A stretch of DNA of 63,484 bases, the filler included, from Octopus bimaculoides (Eukaryota): the NCBI RefSeq assembly GCF_001194135.2. It is 6 parts of 5 records of this genome, joined end to end, with 100 filler letters (N's around TTAATTAATTAA, not from the genome) between each part and the next. Parts side by side here need not be neighbours in the genome. Positions count along the whole stretch, not along the records: positions 25,884 to 56,576 come from NC_068988.1; positions 56,677 to 61,746 come from NC_068989.1; positions 61,847 to 63,484 come from NW_026433835.1; 3 more parts are not named here. One strand, written 5' to 3'. A model generated the notes under the pieces. That model saw nothing but the letters and a program-made list of their open reading frames with translations. It did not search any database and was not told where the DNA came from. Positions within the stretch are counted from its first letter, which is position 1. Each line of letters starts with the position of its first letter. A program made the translations under genes and the position numbers. Positions 53,932 to 63,484 of this stretch are shown piece after piece.

Positions 53932-54591
53932 GAAGACTAATGAAAAATGAATTGCTGTGAAACTTATCTCTACACTATTCAATCTAGAAAAAATTATCTT
54001 AATGAATTTAATCCTTTTATGAAAATATAGACATCATGACCCCCTTCAAAATATTTCATTTTGCTGTCGTGTTAGAAATCAGTATTCTTTTTTTTTTTTT
54101 TAACATCTGTGTTTTGTGTATTGTCCTCATCCGTTTTATTCCTCCATGACAGAACTTGTTTTGTTCAGTCCATTTTACAACCTATTCTGCTTTCACAGTT
54201 GTTTGGTGATCCTGAATAAGGAGTAAATTATTATATTAATATTAAACTCACTTACACCTGATCTTACTGGGGCTACTCAGCAAATTTGCTTAGTTTGTGT
54301 ATTAATATTGGACGTGTTTCTCATAGAAAATATTTCTTTAAGAGCCTCAGTGTATTTATCATTTTCCAGAGAATATTGCTTATTCATAGCTTGAAGAGGT
54401 GTTTTTTTTTTATTTTTCTGTTGATCAATGCTAATTGATTTTCTTATTGTCAGTTCTCCTATGTTATCTTATTTATTTATTTATTGTTAGATTTTCTTCA
54501 TTGCTGAAACTGTCTATTCTGTATTGATATGTTGTTCTGTTTCATTATGTGTGGGGTCACAAGTATAGTGAACACTTGTGAGGTTCTTGTA

Positions 54592-54598
54592 ATCTATC

Positions 54599-54656
<58 letters not shown>

Positions 54657-54701
54657 CCTACCTACCTACGTGTCTGTCTGTCTATCTACCTACCTACTTA
54701 C

Positions 54702-54740
<39 letters not shown>
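54592..54740. repeat. (CTAT)n tetranucleotide repeat
   Basis: Read directly. Confidence 0.95.
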
Positions 54741-54783
<43 letters not shown>

Positions 54784-55135
54784 TCATGGTTTGCATAAAT
54801 ATTTGTGGGTATATACATGTACAGTGTGTATATATTTTTATATATATATATTGTTCTATTACTAGTATAATATAATATTATATATTTTATATATTCTTTC
54901 TAATCCTGCTTTTGCCTTTTTCTTTTGTGATATCCATGTTATGAGGTCTCATCCACTATAAGTGCATTTCTATCAGTTGCACCATATTATTTCCGCTGTG
55001 ATGGATTATATGTTTTACATGCAGTTGCTTCTATAACTACACTTTTATTAGTTTTTGGAAACTCAAATTTGTCTGTGTTAGGATCTTGCCGAATATTTTG
55101 TCTGCGTAATCTTTGTATGAATTGTTATATATATT

Positions 55136-55182
<47 letters not shown>

Positions 55183-55335
55183 GTTATCTATTGTTTATTA
55201 CAAAGCTGCAAAAATTCCCTTGATATATTTCAGTTTAGTTATTATCTTAAATGTTGGCTTTTCTCTGCTCCACATTTTTTATATCTCTTTCAAGGAGCAA
55301 TAACTGTATTGGCTACAACATGGCAGTTTGTGATA

Positions 55336-55369
55336 TTCATCATCATCAGCATCATCAGCCTCATCATCC

Positions 55370-55402
<33 letters not shown>

Positions 55403-55600
55403 ACATCATCATCGTCGTCATTGTTGTCGTCATCGTCGTTGCTGCCACCACTGCCACCGCCACCATCATTGTCATCATCATCATCATCATTTAATGTCCC
55501 ATGTTTTGTGTTGGCATGGGTTTGAGGGTTTAACAAGAGCCACTGAAACCAAGGACAACATAATACTCTTCTGCCTGCTTTGACATAGTTTTTGTGTCTC
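55336..55600. repeat. (CAT)/(CAC) triplet field plus RTE tail fragment (55470-55600, minus)
   Basis: Read directly; TTTAATGTCCC..GGCATGGGTTTG resembles the other RTE tails. Confidence 0.75.
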
Positions 55601-55699
55601 AAAACCATTTCTAGTCTTAGTAGCAAATATTAGAATGAGACCTTTGAATAAAGAAGTAAGGAAGGTGGTCCACTGCATATAAAAGCTAATTAGGGAGAA

Positions 55700-56040
55700 G
55701 TAAGTTATCAGGGAATAGGCAAATGGGCGTTAACTTAACCCTGTCTTGCCAAAGAAGAAAAGTTGGCGAGTCAACAACGTATGCCTCAGTTGCAATGTCC
55801 TTCAGTATCTTATGTAGTAATTTGGGTGCTGCACCAACTGCACTTAATAGCAGAGGAGGAATTATCATCTTTGTGTTCCACAATCTCTTCATCTCTGCTG
55901 TTAGATCTGAAATTGAGAAAAATTTCATAATTTTCACGATTTGTTGATATCTACAGCTTTTTTGCTTGGCAAAGTCTATGATCTTACACTATTTTTGCTC
56001 TCTACAATCCTATCTTGTCTTCAGTATTATCCTCTTCTAT
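55700..56040 (-). mobile_element. Decayed R4/Dong RLE fragment
   Basis: DLTAEMKRLWNTKMIIPPLLLSAVGAAPKLLHKILKDI; upstream CKIIDFA. Confidence 0.6.
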
Positions 56041-56286
56041 CTCTTTTGATTATTTCAGTTATTAGATTTTGGCCACGCTGGGGCACCACCTTGTGTTGAG
56101 ATGTTGCACTCTTCAGACACATCAGTCGTTATGGAGAAATCCTATAATATCCTATAAATTTTTGTTTACCATTGCAGCCTCTGGTTCATGTTCATACCAC
56201 TTTTCTGTTGCTTCAAATCCACAAAATTGGCCAGCACTCCAATGCACGTTTTTACTGACACATATTATTATTACTATTATTATTAC

Positions 56287-56353
<67 letters not shown>

Positions 56354-56377
56354 GTTATCATTGTTGCTGTTATTATT

Positions 56378-57025
56378 ATTATTATTATTTTATGTTTGAC
56401 TTTTGTTTTGCATTTGTACAAGTTGGATCCAAGTCTCACCCAGAGACCTCAAGAGACAACAAGTTAGAAGTTCATGTAGGTGTTATGCCTAGGGTACCAT
56501 ATATTTGGATTTGTACAGTTTTGTTCAAGTGAATGTTTAAGAAACCATAAGAAAATTATGTGTTTGCTTTAAAATTNNNNNNNNNNNNNNNNNNNNNNNN
56601 NNNNNNNNNNNNNNNNNNNNTTAATTAATTAANNNNNNNNNNNNNNNNNNNNNNNNNNNNNNNNNNNNNNNNNNNNCTTCAGATTCCACATTTTGCTAAT
56701 TTCTATTTCAAGATCTTTATATTTGCTCAGTTTTTGGTAGGTCTTGACAGATACGTTTATATCGATTGGGACAGTCATATCAATGAGGAGGCATGATTTT
56801 TGTCTGAAGTCTTTCAGTATGATGTCTGGCCTATTTGCGTCTATCTTTCTGTCAGTTTGAATGGTGAAGTTCCAGAGGAGTGCAATGTGATCATTTTCAA
56901 GTACTGGGGGTGGTTTGTGTTCCCACCAGTTTTTATCATGGGGCAAGTCCAGGTTTTTGCATATTACCCAGTGAATATATTGTGCAGCTCTATCATGCCT
57001 GTTGAGATACTTATTTACAGAGGAA
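56378..57025 (-). mobile_element. R4/Dong RLE 3' end (spans a gap) with (TTA)n tract at 56268-56390
   Basis: YLNRHDRAAQYIHW..LLWNFTIQTDRKIDANRPDIILKD..IDMTVP..KYKDLEIEISKMW; the UTR matches 62985-63160. Confidence 0.92.
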
Positions 57026-57029
57026 AATA

Positions 57030-57510
57030 GGCAGAACATTTTTGAAAAACTTTACTTTATCTTGAAAGCTGGAAACTGTCTGAACAAGATCAGAAATAAT
57101 CTTAACCTTTCATGGAGTGCCAATTCGGGAGTTTGTAGCTGATTTATTATATTAGTAAAGAACATCAGATTTTTCATCCGTTAATCCTTTTCCAATTGGA
57201 GATAAGATGTTTTCTTCAAGAACCGTAATAATAAGCTCCAACAAATCCACTGATCTACGCAAGGAATTGCTGCTGATTACCACCTCACAATGCCAGTGAA
57301 TGAATTAACACTAGGTTTATCTTAAAGCTCCAGTTCTTCAGTAAAATTTGTGAGCTGTCGGTGGGTCTTCCCATTTAAAAATATGAAATTCACAATTTCA
57401 AGGACAGATTCATACTTGAAATATCTGGCTATTAACTGTTTACGATGAATTACAAAATGATTAGGGAGAAACTCTGGAAAGTTGGGATCAATTTTCTTAG
57501 CAAAAGAAAC
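57030..57510 (-). mobile_element. hAT (Buster/SPIN/GTF2IRD2-like) transposase remnant
   Basis: HFVIHRKQLIA..LEIVNFI..THRQL..VRW*S..LMFFTNIINQL..ISDLVQTVSSFQDKVKFF, with stops. Confidence 0.75.
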
Positions 57511-57574
57511 CGATAAAATAAGTACCAGGCTTTGAAAATAAAAATAGTACTAGGGTGTATATATATGCAATCTT

Positions 57575-57756
57575 TTACTTGTTTCAACAACTGGCGTGCG
57601 GCCATGCTGGGATAAACCGTAGTATTTATTTTTAAAGCCTGGTACTTATTTTATGAATTTCTTTCGCCGAACCGCTAGGGACGTAAACAAAGCAGCCCCG
57701 ATCGTCAAATGGTGGTGGGGGACAAACACAAACAGAAAGACACACGCAGAGACATA

Positions 57757-57793
<37 letters not shown>

Positions 57794-57915
57794 GACGGGC
57801 TTCTGTCAGCTTCCTTTACCGTATCCACATACGGAACTGATGACACATAATGGAACTGAACTCAGAACGACGTGGTTGGGAAGGAAACTTCTTAGTACAC
57901 AACCACGTCTGCGTC
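57575..57915 (-). mobile_element. SINE family A, CpG-retaining
   Basis: GCGGCCATGCTGGG..CCGAACCGCTAGGGACGTAAACA..GAACTGAACTCAGAACGACGTGGTTGGG. Confidence 0.8.
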
Positions 57916-57959
57916 TATAAGGCCTCGCCTGCACCTATAGCCACGCTTGGACAAATCAC

Positions 57960-58577
57960 GAAAGATGTTTCCTGGGGTATTTAGGGCTTTTCAGCATCAG
58001 ACATTCTCATCTAGGTGACCCAGCCAGGGCTGATCAAGTCCCAATTTGTGTCCAGTTCGCACAACTCATGGTAGCATTACCCCTTCTAGGGCTCACACCT
58101 GATCCACAATCACCTTGAAACAGCTTCTGCTACTTCCACTGTCAACCTGATGGTCTTCTTTCTACTAGTCCCTGTTATGCCAAGCGTGCTGTGAACTCTG
58201 TAGAGGGAATGGCCTGCAAGCCCTCTGCATTTCACTTCAGTGGGGTCACGCCTTACTTGCCAGCCATTGCTTTTGTATAATTCCACTAGCTTAGCATATT
58301 TCCTCCTCTTTCTCTCGTTAGCCTCTTCAATGCAGTCCTGACAAGAAACGGAATTTCCAACAGAACCACGTCCTTAGATGCTTCTGGGATCAGAAACACA
58401 TGCAGCCTTAGTGATGTTGAGGCAACAGTTTCTGGGAACTTCAGCTGCTTTCCAAAGTCAAGATTCAGCTCTTAGTCTCTCACTGTTGCAAGTAGGCCCG
58501 AGGGGTGGGGAGAATACCTATCAGTGGGTATCTTCTCGCCAGCCTTGATAAAGGTGGTGAACTTCTGCATTGGGCGG

Positions 58578-58580
<3 letters not shown>
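57960..58580 (-). mobile_element. HERO-clade RLE non-LTR retrotransposon 3' end
   Basis: FIKAGEK..DFGKQLKFPETVASTSLR..VVLLE..EEANERKRRKYAKL..GWQ..EVKCRGLAG..LWIR, plus UTR GATCAGCCCTGGCTGGGTCACC. Confidence 0.8.
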
Positions 58581-58621
<41 letters not shown>

Positions 58622-59884
58622 NNNNNNNNNNNNNNNNNNNNNNNNNNNNNNNNNNNNNNNNNNNNNNNNNNNNNNNNNNNNNNNNNNNNNNNNNNNNNNN
58701 NNNNNNNNNNNNNNNNNNNNNNNNNNNNNNNNNNNNNNNNNNNNNNNNNNNNNNNNNNNNNNNNNNNNNNNNNNNNNNNNNNNNNNNNNNNNNNNNNNNN
58801 NNNNNNNNNNNNNNNNNNNNNNNNNNNNNNNNNNNNNNNNNNNNNNNNNNNNNNNNNNNNNNNNNNNNNNNNNNNNNNNNNNNNNNNNNNNNNNNNNNNN
58901 NNNNNNNNNNNNNNNNNNNNNNNNNNNNNNNNNNNNNNNNNNNNNNNNNNNNNNNNNNNNNNNNNNNNNNNNNNNNNNNNNNNNNNNNNNNNNNNNNNNN
59001 NNNNNNNNNNNNNNNNNNNNNNNNNNNNNNNNNNNNNNNNNNNNNNNNNNNNNNNNNNNNNNNNNNNNNNNNNNNNNNNNNNNNNNNNNNNNNNNNNNNN
59101 NNNNNNNNNNNNNNNNNNNNNNNNNNNNNNNNNNNNNNNNNNNNNNNNNNNNNNNNNNNNNNNNNNNNNNNNNNNNNNNNNNNNNNNNNNNNNNNNNNNN
59201 NNNNNNNNNNNNNNNNNNNNNNNNNNNNNNNNNNNNNNNNNNNNNNNNNNNNNNNNNNNNNNNNNNNNNNNNNNNNNNNNNNNNNNNNNNNNNNNNNNNN
59301 NNNNNNNNNNNNNNNNNNNNNNNNNNNNNNNNNNNNNNNNNNNNNNNNNNNNNNNNNNNNNNNNNNNNNNNNNNNNNNNNNNNNNNNNNNNNNNNNNNNN
59401 NNNNNNNNNNNNNNNNNNNNNNNNNNNNNNNNNNNNNNNNNNNNNNNNNNNNNNNNNNNNNNNNNNNNNNNNNNNNNNNNNNNNNNNNNNNNNNNNNNNN
59501 NNNNNNNNNNNNNNNNNNNNNNNNNNNNNNNNNNNNNNNNNNNNNNNNNNNNNNNNNNNNNNNNNNNNNNNNNNNNNNNNNNNNNNNNNNNNNNNNACTA
59601 TGAACGTGAGTAATCAGCGTCCATACGTTGATAGAATGACATCATCAGCTTTTGTCAGTTTTTTAATAAGCAGAAAGAAAGAAAGAAAAAGGAAGACGAC
59701 AGAAAAAGAAAAGAAAAAGAGAGAAAGAAGAATATTCAATCAAACAGTTTTGTATAAATTTGATGATATTCTCCTGTCATCTTATTCATTCCTCCAGGGC
59801 GTGATGTCAATAACCCGCAAACATTTCTCCTCATACATTCTGAGAAGTGAAACTGGGGTACATTCAGGATATAATAATAATAAT

Positions 59885-60108
59885 AATAATAATCCTTTCT
59901 ACTGAAGTCACAAGGCCGTGAAATTTTGTGGGAGGGGAATAGTCAATTACATCAACTCCCAGTGGTTCACTGGTGCTTAATTTATCAACCCCGAAAGGAT
60001 GAAAGGCAAAGTTTACCTCGGTGGAATTTGAACTCAGAACGTAAAGTCGGACGAAATACCGCTAAGCATCTCGCCCGGCGTACTAACGATTCTATCAGCT
60101 CACCGACT

Positions 60109-60110
<2 letters not shown>
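59885..60110 (-). mobile_element. SINE family B
   Basis: CCCCGAAAGGATGAAAGGCAAAG..GAATTTGAACTCAGAACG..CTAACGATTC. Confidence 0.85.
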
Positions 60111-60146
<36 letters not shown>

Positions 60147-60149
60147 ATA

Positions 60150-60228
<79 letters not shown>
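60110..60228. repeat. (TAC)n(TAA)n compound microsatellite
   Basis: Read directly. Confidence 0.95.
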
Positions 60229-60232
<4 letters not shown>

Positions 60233-60368
60233 CTTTTACTCTTTTACTTGTTTCAGTTATTTGACTGCGGCCATGCTAGAGCACCGCCTTTAGTCGAGCA
60301 AATCGACCCCAGGACTTATTCTTTGTAAGCCTAGTACTTATTCTATCGGTCTCTTTTGCCGAACCGCT
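60229..60368 (-). mobile_element. SINE family A 3' part
   Basis: GACTGCGGCCATGCTAGAGCACCGCC..AATCGACCCCAGGAC. Confidence 0.85.
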
Positions 60369-60389
60369 TAATGATAATAATAATAATAA

Positions 60390-60608
60390 TAATGGTTTCA
60401 AATTTTTGTCACAAGGGCAGCCATTTTAGTGGAGGAGACTAGTCGATTACATCGACCTTAGTGTTCAACTAGTACTTATTTTATCGACTCCGAAAGGATG
60501 AAAGGCAAAGTCGACGGCAGCGGAATTTGAACTCTGAGCGTAGCGACGGGTGAAATACTGCTAAACATTTCGTCCAGCCTACTGACGATTCTGCCAGTAC
60601 GCCGCCTT
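60390..60608 (-). mobile_element. SINE family B
   Basis: CGAAAGGATGAAAGGCAAAGTCGAC..GATTCTGCCAGTACGCCGCC. Confidence 0.85.
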
Positions 60609-61037
60609 AATAATAATGATGATGATGATGATGATGCTAAACGAAGAAATAAATAAATGGTATCGGTACTTTGGATGTTTGAAAAACTCATGAGTCTTCG
60701 ACATACAGCGTGCTGTTTAAAACAAAATTTAAAGGATTGCAGCCTTTTTAAAACTTATTTTTCGTTTATTATGGACCTATTATATGTTCAATTAGCAACT
60801 TAGTGATCTAACAAGTAATTGTTGAATTTATGGATCATAATTTTTTAAAACAGACATGCAAATCTTTTAACTATCTCAATAAATTCATTGAGGATGTCGG
60901 TAATATCATGTCATGTACACCATAACAAAGAGCTCTAGCTGCAAAAAACAGCTGGATCTCTCTTTAATAAGCAATAAGCCTGCATAATACACTGTTGTAG
61001 CTGGAAAGGAGAAAAGAAATAGGACAATTATACTCAC

Positions 61038-61054
61038 AGAGAAACACGCAGCAT
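61038..61054 (-). CDS. Candidate exon 1 coding part (MLRVS+L) of putative secreted Cys-rich precursor
   Basis: Minus strand ATG CTG CGT GTT TCT CT|gtgagt: consensus donor, phase 2, compatible with the exon at 30112-30242. Lies in a CpG-retaining unique region. Weakened by upstream out-of-frame ATGs (61131, 61076) and a 30.8-kb intron that could hide other exons. Confidence 0.3.
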
Positions 61055-61131
61055 ACAGACAGATACTCAGACTCATTGGCGTAATGACAGACAGATAAGT
61101 CGCAAACGGGTGTATGCACTTAGGCAGACAT

Positions 61132-61137
61132 AACTGA
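61132..61137 (-). promoter_or_regulatory. Initiator-like TCAGTT, possible TSS of the candidate gene
   Basis: Matches the invertebrate Inr consensus TCAKTY about 80 nt upstream of the candidate ATG. It could equally be a splice acceptor (catttcag|). A 6-mer is weak evidence. Confidence 0.2.
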
Positions 61138-61548
61138 AATGTGCTGGGAGGTTGTTTTCTAGAAATGTTTAATTTCTTTGCGGTGGCGAGAAATATGTTT
61201 GCAATATATTTATACTAAGAACTTCATTCTCAGCATTTCCTATTGCAACATATCAAGTAATCTACCTTAAGCGTGTCCTTAGTGTTCTCTCATGATTTAT
61301 GAAATATAATAACAGCTTTGCTCCAAGTGTTGCAATATTTGAGCTGTGGTGTTCTGTAAGACGTTGCAGCATTCAAGATTGTTCGTACGCTTAACTTGAC
61401 ACCGCCCTCACTTTTAAGAACAGCAGCAACAGCAGCAATAAAAATAGATTCTTTTCGGAAATAAAAGCTCAGATTTTAACTGTTGCAATTGTCATAGAAA
61501 CTTAACCAGACCTAACCGGAGTCCATAACAACAGATATAGTTTCAACG

Positions 61549-61602
<54 letters not shown>

Positions 61603-61852
61603 GTTTTAGGGAAAATAACCAATTTTCAAGAACTCATCGATGAAAATCCACTATCACATATAGAAAAATTAATAATTAAAAGCACAATAAATTAGTATAA
61701 TATAAAGTAAAGTAAATATCATAAGATAAATATAATAAAAAGATTANNNNNNNNNNNNNNNNNNNNNNNNNNNNNNNNNNNNNNNNNNNNTTAATTAATT
61801 AANNNNNNNNNNNNNNNNNNNNNNNNNNNNNNNNNNNNNNNNNNNNAATAAT

Positions 61853-61900
<48 letters not shown>

Positions 61901-61911
61901 TTTTAAAAAGC

Positions 61912-62045
61912 ATTCTTTATTGCCCACAGGGGGCTAAACATAGAGGGGACAAACAAAGGGTTTAAGTCGATTACACCGACCCAGTGCGTAACTGGTATTT
62001 AGTTAATCAACCCCGTAAGGATGAAAGGGAAAGTCGACCTCGGCG

Positions 62046-62050
<5 letters not shown>
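61912..62050 (-). mobile_element. Headless SINE family B, cut at (AAT)n
   Basis: TTTATTGCCCACAGGGGGCTAAACATAGAGGGG..GGATGAAAGGGAAAGTCGACCTCGGCGGA. Confidence 0.8.
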
Positions 62051-62078
<28 letters not shown>

Positions 62079-62082
<4 letters not shown>

Positions 62083-63175
62083 CAAGAAAACATCATACTC
62101 AGTAACAAAAGAGGCAAAGAAATATCTAAGTGAATTCCAAATACAACAGATCCCAGAATTAGACATACTGGAAACAAGCACAGAAAAAGCCAAGCGTATG
62201 AAAACCCGAACTAAAACTGCTGCCTTAGATATTCTTACTGATAAAGGGCAAAAAAAAAAAACCTCTCAATGGCAAATACCCAAAGAGAGCTAATAATGCT
62301 GATGTTGATAAAGCCCTTACCCAACAATAGTTAGTGTCTTCTGGCTTAAAATCAGAAACAGAAAATGCCTAGCTAGAAGAAACTACCAGGGCAACATATT
62401 AAAGAACAGCAGCTTCCCAACGTCATGTATGTCAACAACAAAATGAAATCATTGATCATGTTGTTGCCATGTGCAGTCTTCTTGTGCCTGCAGAGTATCT
62501 CAACAGGCATGATAGAGCTGCACAATATATTCACTGGGTAATTTGCAAAAACTTGGACCTGTTCCATGACAAAAACTAGTGGGAACACAAACCACCTCCA
62601 GTGCTTGAAAATTACTACATCTCACTCCTTTGGAACTTCACCATTCAAACTGACAGAAAGATAGATGCAAATAAGCCAGACATTATATTGAAGGACTTCA
62701 GATAAAAATCATGCCTCCTCATTGATATGACTGACCTAATTGACATAAATGTATCTGTCAAGACCTACCAAAAAACTGAGCAAGTATAAAGATTTTGAAA
62801 TAGAAATTGGCAAAATGTGGAACCTCAAGACTAAAACAATGCCTGTTGTCATAGGTGCCCTGGGAATGATAGCAAAAGGGGCTGATTGCTCAGATACAAG
62901 GAAATCCAAAAATGGCAGAAATTTGAAAAATAGTGCTCATGGAAACTGTACATATCCTACATAAAATACTGTCTATGTAATCCCAAATTTTAAAACAAAC
63001 TTATAATTTTCTTATGTTTCCTTAAACATTCTCTACAACAATACTTTGTGCAAAACCAAATATATGGCATCCTAGGCATAACACCAATTTGAATTTCTAA
63101 CTTGTTGTCTCTTGAGGACTCTGGGTGAGACTTGGAGTCAAAACAAAAGTCAGACATATAATAATAATAATAATA
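62079..63175 (+). mobile_element. 5'-truncated, internally deleted R4/Dong element flanked by (AAT)n
   Basis: ..GKYPKRANNADVDK..GLKSETE / IDHVV..EYLNRHDR..NKPDIILKD..MPVVIGALGMI; (AAT)n at 62051-62078 and ~63157-63175. Confidence 0.92.
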
Positions 63176-63178
63176 ACA

Positions 63179-63450
63179 GGGAAAAAAAACTGATAGACTC
63201 TGCAGTCCCTTCTGATCAAAATATTGTCCAAAAAGAAGCAGAGGAATTATTAAAGTACAAAGACCTTGAAATTGAAGTATTCAAGATGTGGAGCATAAAG
63301 TATACCAATAATAACTGGAGCATTAGGCATGATGAAAAAACATATGAACAAAAATGTAGAAACTATACCTGAACCTTCAACACTACACACTATCCAAAAA
63401 ATAGGATCTGTTGGGAACAGCCCACATCCTATGCAATTCAATAATACAAC
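63179..63450 (+). mobile_element. Further R4/Dong RLE fragment of a different family, stacked on the same (AAT)n
   Basis: LIDSAVPSDQNIVQKEAEELLKYKDLEIEVFKMW.., later LLGTAHIL. Confidence 0.8.
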
Positions 63451-63484
63451 CTAAACAAAACAATCCACAAACACAAGACACACT

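Noticed and set aside
61038-61076. MSLSICLYAACFS as the true start
   Set aside because: Its phase-0 exit hits a stop within exon 2; it would be an overlapping uORF unless an unseen exon intervenes.

Overview
AT-rich eukaryotic genomic DNA with very dense microsatellites and many N gaps. The SINE families, RTE/R4/Tx1 remnants and overall texture point to an octopus (coleoid cephalopod) draft assembly; this is an inference from recognised repeat families, not a database result. Most of the window is transposon debris: tRNA-derived SINEs of at least three families, mariner, pogo-like, hAT and piggyBac DNA elements and MITEs, and RTE, Tx1/L1, CR1/jockey-group, R4/Dong and HERO non-LTR fragments. 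Most ORFs in the supplied track are microsatellite or gap artefacts. No rRNA, true tRNA or CRISPR array was found. Three things stand out. (1) Five short unique minus-strand segments with GT-AG splice sites and matching phases join into a candidate 115-aa secreted, cysteine-rich precursor with an RKRKR site, spanning about 50.7 kb. The internal exons are better supported than the first and last. (2) Three copies of a ~150-bp dispersed repeat whose consensus folds as a minimal type I hammerhead ribozyme. (3) A ~98% identical inverted repeat at 27.3/28.4 kb, plus repeated R4/Dong insertions at (TAA)n tracts. Repeat boundaries are read by eye and are approximate unless a TSD or TIR is quoted.
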